Shown one piece after another: positions 57,697 through 64,000 of a stretch of DNA of 64,000 nucleotides. The translations under genes and the position numbers were made by a program. Within the stretch, counting starts at the first letter, position 1. Every line of letters starts with the position of its first letter. Below the pieces are notes generated by a model, which did no database searches, was not told the DNA's origin, and saw nothing but the letters and a program-made list of their open reading frames with translations. The DNA is from Asterias rubens (Eukaryota), in NCBI RefSeq assembly GCF_902459465.1, contig NC_047066.1, forward strand, positions 5,270,001 to 5,334,000, read 5' to 3'.

Positions 57697-59199
57697 CTGT
57701 AAATGAAGCACACAACAGAATGGTTAGGTATACTGCTACACTGCTGTCAAGACAGGTTACTGGCAATTTTAGAATCAGACAATTCCGACAGTTCCTACAT
57801 GTATGTACTTCGGGCCGGACCTAAGTAATTAAATAAGCAGAATTATTGTACTTTTTGATTGCTTGCCTGGATGCAGCAATGTACAAAACGGTACATGCTT
57901 ATAACCCCAGTGCTCTGTATTAAATACAAGCAATACACTCAAATTCAGCTTTTATTAAAACAATTTCCTTGCACTGTTGGAATAACAATTCTACACTTAA
58001 AGTCAACCAGTAGAAGACATTCTCATTCATACAGCGCCAAAATCAACAAACAAAATTCAACAGTCGATCCGAATTGTCAAGTCAAGGCTTACACAAGTTT
58101 AATAGTTAAGTTTCTAAACTGTATTATGTGTCACAATATAACTTTCACATGTAGGTTATTGTAAAGTTGTGGTGTGTGTAAATACAAATTTTGTGTGTTA
58201 CAGTACGTAAATAGGACCAATAGACAGGGTAATCCTCCCCCCAAATAAATATTAATAAATAAACATCATCATTTTTTTTTTAACTGACACAAAAAAAACT
58301 TTACAAAAGGTGTACAACTCACAATTTGAGGTGTGACACCTACCTATAGTGTACATTTTCTGCATGTAGATGGTAACTTCATGCCTTTTTTATCCCCTAA
58401 GAAAAGACATTATGTATACAAATTCCTTTGAAATTGCAGGTGGCCCACAAACAGTTTGTTTACAAATAAGTGTACCATACTCTATACATCAGGTGCTGGG
58501 TTCAAAGTTCAACCGTATACATAATTCATGTATTATTACCACTACATGTCTAGCCTAACATGTGGATATATCCACAGGGCACCCTGCAATGTATTGTTAT
58601 CCTTACTGAAAAGCGTTCCTCCATACTGCATCCCCCTCCGCCCCATGTGGCATTGTCTCCATAGCAACTGTAAACAGAGACTGGCCCTAGACTTGTATCC
58701 TTAATAATTACAACAAACACATTCATGCAAGATTGATATGGATGAGTAACCATCAGGAATTTAATACTCTAAGCTCTGTTATTTTATTACCTTTTTTTCT
58801 TCCCCCTTATTCAAATTTACAGCTGAGTTCAGTACATGAGGCCTCCAACTGAAACTGCATGAAACCTGAACCCTCTGTTAAACAACTTGTTTAAAACAAG
58901 TTCAGTTTTCAGGCTGACACCACAGGCACTGTGTATCAGGAGTAATGTACAATTAGTGCTTTCCTTAAATTTAATCTTTTAGAGAGCAACATTATGCTAC
59001 GCTACATGTAGATTTGTTTTGCAAAGGGGTCCTTCTGCATGCTCTATTGGAAAATCTTGAAGTCTAGAGGAAACTTTTGAAGGGGCACTAAGGCCAAAGA
59101 CCAGGGCAACATCGGCCATGACGTCCGTGGCTATGACCTACACATGTAGGTATGAGGCCATGATCTATTGTGAATGTAATTCCAGGTCCTGATACAATA

Positions 59200-59450
59200 G
59201 GTAGATATATAGTTGTGATTTGCCACACTATAGACTATGATTGGCCAAGGTGTAATTGTGATTAACGGTCAAACTATACATAGTTGAGATTGGCCAAACT
59301 ATAGTTGGGATTGGCCAAACAATATTTGCGATCGGCCAACCTATAATTGCGATTGAACAAACTATTTTGATACATGTACATGTAGGCCAAACTATAGTCA
59401 TGATCAGCTAAATCATGGCAAAACTATGGTCGGGATCTGTCAAACTATAT
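59200..59450. repeat. Degenerate ~21-bp minisatellite (aactatagttgcgattggcca)
   Basis: Repeated aacta(t)a(g/t)ttg(c/g)gat(t/c)ggcca units. Confidence 0.65.
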
Positions 59451-60820
59451 GCCTACAGCAAGTTTGCTCTACGTTTAAATTACTCATAAGTGGCAATTAC
59501 TTAGACTGTTTCTACATAGTCTTGGTTGGGGCGCAATATTGGTATTCCCCTACCACCATCTGTAGGTACTTATAAATCATCAAGGACTGAACTTGTTCAG
59601 ATTTGCAGATAACTTCTTGCTAGTTACATGTGTACATGTTCGTTTGTACATGTACCATTGATTTAAATTCATGTCAAAGAGCAATAGATAGGAAATTACA
59701 ATGCACTACAAACATGACAAAATGTAAATTATGTATTCGGTCAACCACAAAGGTGGACTTATGCCACAGTAAACTTTATAACTTGGCAAGTTAAATATAA
59801 CAGAGTAAAAAACAGCTGTAGTACACAGTACAAGCATGTATACTTGATTATGTGTAGCTTTATTTGGGTACACCCAAGACTTTACAAGTATGGTGACAAC
59901 GAGTTCTCATTTTTTAAAAACTGATGTCCAAAGCTCGTGCATTTAAAGTAATGGGTAATTTTTTACAATGAAAACAATTAGTGTTACATGTGGTACCCAC
60001 TTGGAGACACACAGTGTAAAGTCGCCAAAAATCCTTCTCGGAAATGATATTTGAACATGTACTGTCATTCAAGTAGGAGTTTTATCAAATTCCTACGAGT
60101 AATTGGTCAGTGAACGTACTCGGCTGCATAGAAGAATTAGAGCGCGCCTGATACAGCCCAAAACCAAAACCCCTGAAGTAATTGGTCCCTGAAGATCATC
60201 TTTTCAAACAGTGAGTCTTAAATGCGCTTGTTCTGTGAAATTTCCCTTAGTGCCGCTGGGTCGAGTTTCACAGAGCTAGCTACTTTTAAAGAAGAGTAAA
60301 GCAAAAAACCAACAGCTCAATCACAACAGAACAAGACTGCCGTATGTCAGCCGAAATGCCATGTCAAACGCACCATCTACGACTGGTTTCCCGGCCAGTA
60401 TATGTATTTGCTTAGCAGAAGATTTAGCAGAATCAATTCTGCTTATTTTTAGCACCTCTATTAAGTATAATTGAAAAATTTAATTTGAGGTGTACACCCG
60501 TACACATTTAAAAGATTATAAGCAAAACTGCCTAGCACCTCTACATAACATTAGGCCCTGCTGAAACTACGTGTATGAGGCATTTCATTATCCTCCACCC
60601 TCCCCACAATAAACCCAGGGGAGGGCAGAAAAGAAGTAGTGGGCAAAGGGCACACCTAACCCACACTCACTCACACAACTCAAAAAAGGTTCATTGCACC
60701 CGAGGCTCTTGACTAGTCTAGATATCGGCAGGGAAGATATGTTGTCATTTCAGGGCCAGGTTTTTGATCAAGGTGTGTACTCACTGAACAATATGCAGAC
60801 GCGATGCGGCCTCTTTTTAA

Positions 60821-61184
60821 AGGCAGTGGACACTATTGGTAATTCCTCAAAATAATTATTAAGTATAAAACCTCACTTGGTAACGAGTAATGGGGAGAGG
60901 TTGATAGTATAAAACATTGTGAGAAACGACTCCCTCTGAATTATAGTAGTTTTCGAGAAAGAAGTAATTTTCATGAATTTGATTTCGAGACCTGAGGTCT
61001 CGAAATCAAGCATCTGAAAGCACACAACTTCGTGTGACAAGGGTGTTTTTTCTTTCATTATTATCTCGCAACTTCGACGGCCAATTGAGCTCAAATTTCC
61101 ACAGGTTTGTTATTTTATGCATATGTTGAGATACACCTAGTGAGAAGACTAGTCTTTGACAATTACCAATAGTGTCCAGTGTCT
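60821..61184 (-). mobile_element. MITE family A
   Basis: TTAA|AGGCAGTGGACAC...GTGTCCAGTGTCT|TTAA. Confidence 0.9.
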
Positions 61185-61581
61185 TTAACTGTAAGTCTTC
61201 TTGAGATGATACGTGCCTGTGCATATGTATAGATGCATGGATAAATTCAGGTGTACTGAAAGGAATGCCCACATATATGCAGAAATTCATACTGTGCAGT
61301 ACTTTTATGTAGAAGATGCTCAGGTTTGTTCTGTTGTTGAACCAAGAATCTAGAGAAATAACTGCTACGGGGGTGAACATGTACACTTGACCCAAAATAG
61401 TTTCTTTGATTTCCGTGTTTTTTTTCTTCTTCTACATGTGTACACTACTTTGCCCGAACCACACTTTGTTGTCTGTGCAGTATGAATTGGGGAAAAATTG
61501 TAATCACACAAGATTTTGTGAAAGTACTGAGAGTGTACTTTGTTTCGTACAACAATTTATATATTTTAATAGTACACTTAA

Positions 61582-61875
61582 AGGGAAGGTACACATTTGG
61601 TAATTGTCAAATACCAGTGTTCTCACTTGGTGTATCCCATCATAACCATAAAATAACAGGCCTGTGAAAAATTGGGCTCAATCGGTCATCGAAGTTGCGA
61701 GAAAATTATGAAAGAAAAAACACCCTTGTTGGACGAATTTGTGTGCTTTCAGATAGGAAAGAGGGAGTCGTTTCCCAAAATGTTTTATACTATCAACAGC
61801 TCTCCAATGCTCGTTACCAAGTCAGTTTTTAAGCTAATATTTGTTCTGAATAATTACCAAGCGTGTACCTTCCCT
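61582..61875 (+). mobile_element. MITE family A, AGGGAAGGTACAC subfamily
   Basis: TTAA|AGGGAAGGTACAC...GTGTACCTTCCCT|TTAA. Confidence 0.88.
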
Positions 61876-62984
61876 TTAAGCATGTCTGAAGGTTTCTGCT
61901 AGGGTATTTCAAAACTATTGGTCATTCTCAACCAAAATTTTGAAAGTGAGGACTCGCAATGTTTTACCGATGAGGTGGAATTTTAGTGATTTAGACCCCG
62001 ACTGGTGGAAACGCTATTAATTTTTTAGTGTATATTTTTGGTTTTAAAAGCCCTACACGTGCTGTAGCAAAATGAGGGCATAATTTATCATAATGATTTT
62101 TTTATATAAATTTTTTTATATGTAAATGTGCATGTACAGGGGCCTAATGTTATTGTATAATTTTGTTGTAATTTATTATAGGGCCCTAAATGTAATTTAT
62201 TATAAATGAAAAATAATAATAATAATACAAATAAACAAAATATAAAAAAAAAAAATTGTTATTGTGTGTATCAGGCATAATTTATGCGTTTTGTCACGTA
62301 ATTCGTATAAAACATTGTGCATCTGAAGACGCTGTACATGACTTGGGAACCCTCCATTAACATAGTGATGAATCTCTTTTGAACAGAAACAAATCATCTG
62401 AATTTGTCATTTCAAAACCATTAATACATGTACATGTACACTGCCTTTCAGTTTCACCGTTTCATGTACAGTACTAAATTACGTGTGTACATGTACATAA
62501 TATCCACAATGTACCCGAAATCTGAATATAAATTATCACAATCTAGGATGGCCTACATGGTGTGCAATGACATGCAATTTCCTGAAGGTCACAGAAGACA
62601 TTTACTACCATCGCCCAGCCCCTTTTTACAGGCATGACAGGGCTGTGTGCCTGAGCACACAAAGTTGCTGTGCACTGGAAAATCTTACTAAGAAAGACAG
62701 GGTAGTAGCAAAATGATAGTACATGTCTGATACTTCACGTACAACTGCATGCAAAAGAGGCAGTTGCCTGTCCTTGGTCAATGCCTTGGTGCCCCCTTGA
62801 AATGTTCCAGTACAAATCTTCACTTCCCCTAGGTGGGCCACTTTAATCTCCCAAGAGAAACTCACTTGCCTGTTACAACATGGGGCCAATTTCATTTTAT
62901 TAATATAAAATATTATTTGCTAAATCACTAAATCGACCCAACCACTATCATAATCAAAATAATGAACAAATTGTTTGATGTGTA

Positions 62985-63163
62985 CCTGGGGTGGATTTCA
63001 CAAAGGTAGCCCTAACTTAGGACTAGTCCTAGGCAATGCCAAGAGATAGGACCAGTCCTAAGTTAGGACCAGTAACTTATCCTAACTTAGGACTGGTCCT
63101 ATTTCTTAGTATTGCTTAGGACTAGTCCTACGTTAGGACTACCTTTGTGAAATCCACCCCAGG
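62985..63163. mobile_element. Fold-back MITE family I (GGTGGATTTCACAAAG TIR)
   Basis: Near-perfect palindrome cctggggtggatttcacaaag...ctttgtgaaatccaccccagg. Relatives at about 12640-12808, 25617-25768 and 55922-56086. Confidence 0.85.
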
Positions 63164-64000
63164 GCTTGAAACACCCACTGAACCACTAGCAAGAACCGTT
63201 TTAGCACCGGCCCAACAAGTGGCCCTACAGCTGAACAAAACACGCAGTTTGGTATTCTTCCAAACACAGTCGTGAAGATTTCCGAGTGAGTGACTACTTG
63301 AATTTTTCATATATTAATCCAAATCTCATCCTAAAGGTTCAGCAATTTCTAAAAAGAAAGAAATATCACAAGTAAAAAAAAACAGTGAAAGTCCACTGAA
63401 AATGTAGAGCAGAGCCGCATTGCCTAGTTTAGATTAATTTAAAATTCAAGCCGTGTAAATTATATAATGTACTGTGTATCAAGCCAATATGCAAATATTT
63501 CTTGCCTATATTATGCCAAAAAGATGGGAACAAAACAATCCATTCTTAACTCCAGTTTCCTTCCTCCATGTTTTAAGTAAAGGCAAGGTCCATGGCAGTC
63601 AAGTACCTATGTATCAAATCCCCAGAGATTTTCACCCTTCCTGTGGCGGGCATGGAGGGCTTCGCCAGATAAAAAATCTAACTTTAGACTAAAGTGCCTC
63701 AATGGACCCTCCTCCATCATGGAAAGACACAGGCTTTTAAGTATCAACCATGCAATCATGCACTACTGTACCAACCTCCTATTTATGGTAACACTTTTAT
63801 CTCTTAAGCAACCACCCTGAGCCTGAGCCACCTCCCCTCCCCCCCCCCTTCAAGAGGAACCTCGTTAAGAAGTTTTTCCAGGAATCATATTTATGCTGCT
63901 CCCCCCCCCCCTCCACTTGGAGAGTAGACTTTTAGCTTCTCATCAAACCATGCAGTGCTTTGTCATGGATGGAAGTGGACTATGATTGAGAGGGACCTTC

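Noticed and set aside
57697-64000. First exon of the PPM1E/F-like gene
   Set aside because: I found no minus-strand exon with PPM1E/F N-terminal similarity ending in phase 2; it is presumed to lie beyond the window.

Overview
Eukaryotic, intron-rich, AT-rich animal genomic DNA. It looks like an invertebrate deuterostome, probably an echinoderm; this is inferred from gene content and repeat style and is not proven. I reconstructed four spliced protein-coding genes by hand, checking GT-AG sites and reading-frame phase. (1) The 5' part of a paxillin gene on the minus strand: coding exons 31853-31865, 5273-5475 and about 4205-4550, with a 26.4-kb first intron; the LIM domains lie beyond the window start. 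(2) A complete NIF3L1 on the minus strand: 5 exons, 34629-38274, 452 aa or 343 aa depending on the start codon. (3) A complete SIRT4 on the plus strand: 3 exons, 38773-41403, 350 aa, head-to-head with NIF3L1 across 498 bp. (4) A PPM1E/PPM1F-type PP2C phosphatase on the minus strand: 6 exons found, 51827-57696; the first exon was not found and probably lies beyond the window end. The rest is dense with short non-autonomous elements: about 20 TTAA-flanked AG...CT (Kolobok-type) MITEs of several families, other fold-back MITEs, tRNA-derived SINEs, L2 and RTE LINE 3' fragments, several tandem arrays and one 276-N gap. There is no CRISPR array, rRNA, intact tRNA gene or autonomous transposase. Most notable observations: a fold-back element whose two arms each carry an outward-facing 73-nt tRNA-like cassette (17939-18298); a paxillin-delta-like internal AUG; PXN-SIRT4 divergent linkage matching the human arrangement; dual-AUG mitochondrial leaders on a bidirectional NIF3L1/SIRT4 promoter; related hairpins next to both first splice donors; and a fold-back that contains a copy of a host splice donor.
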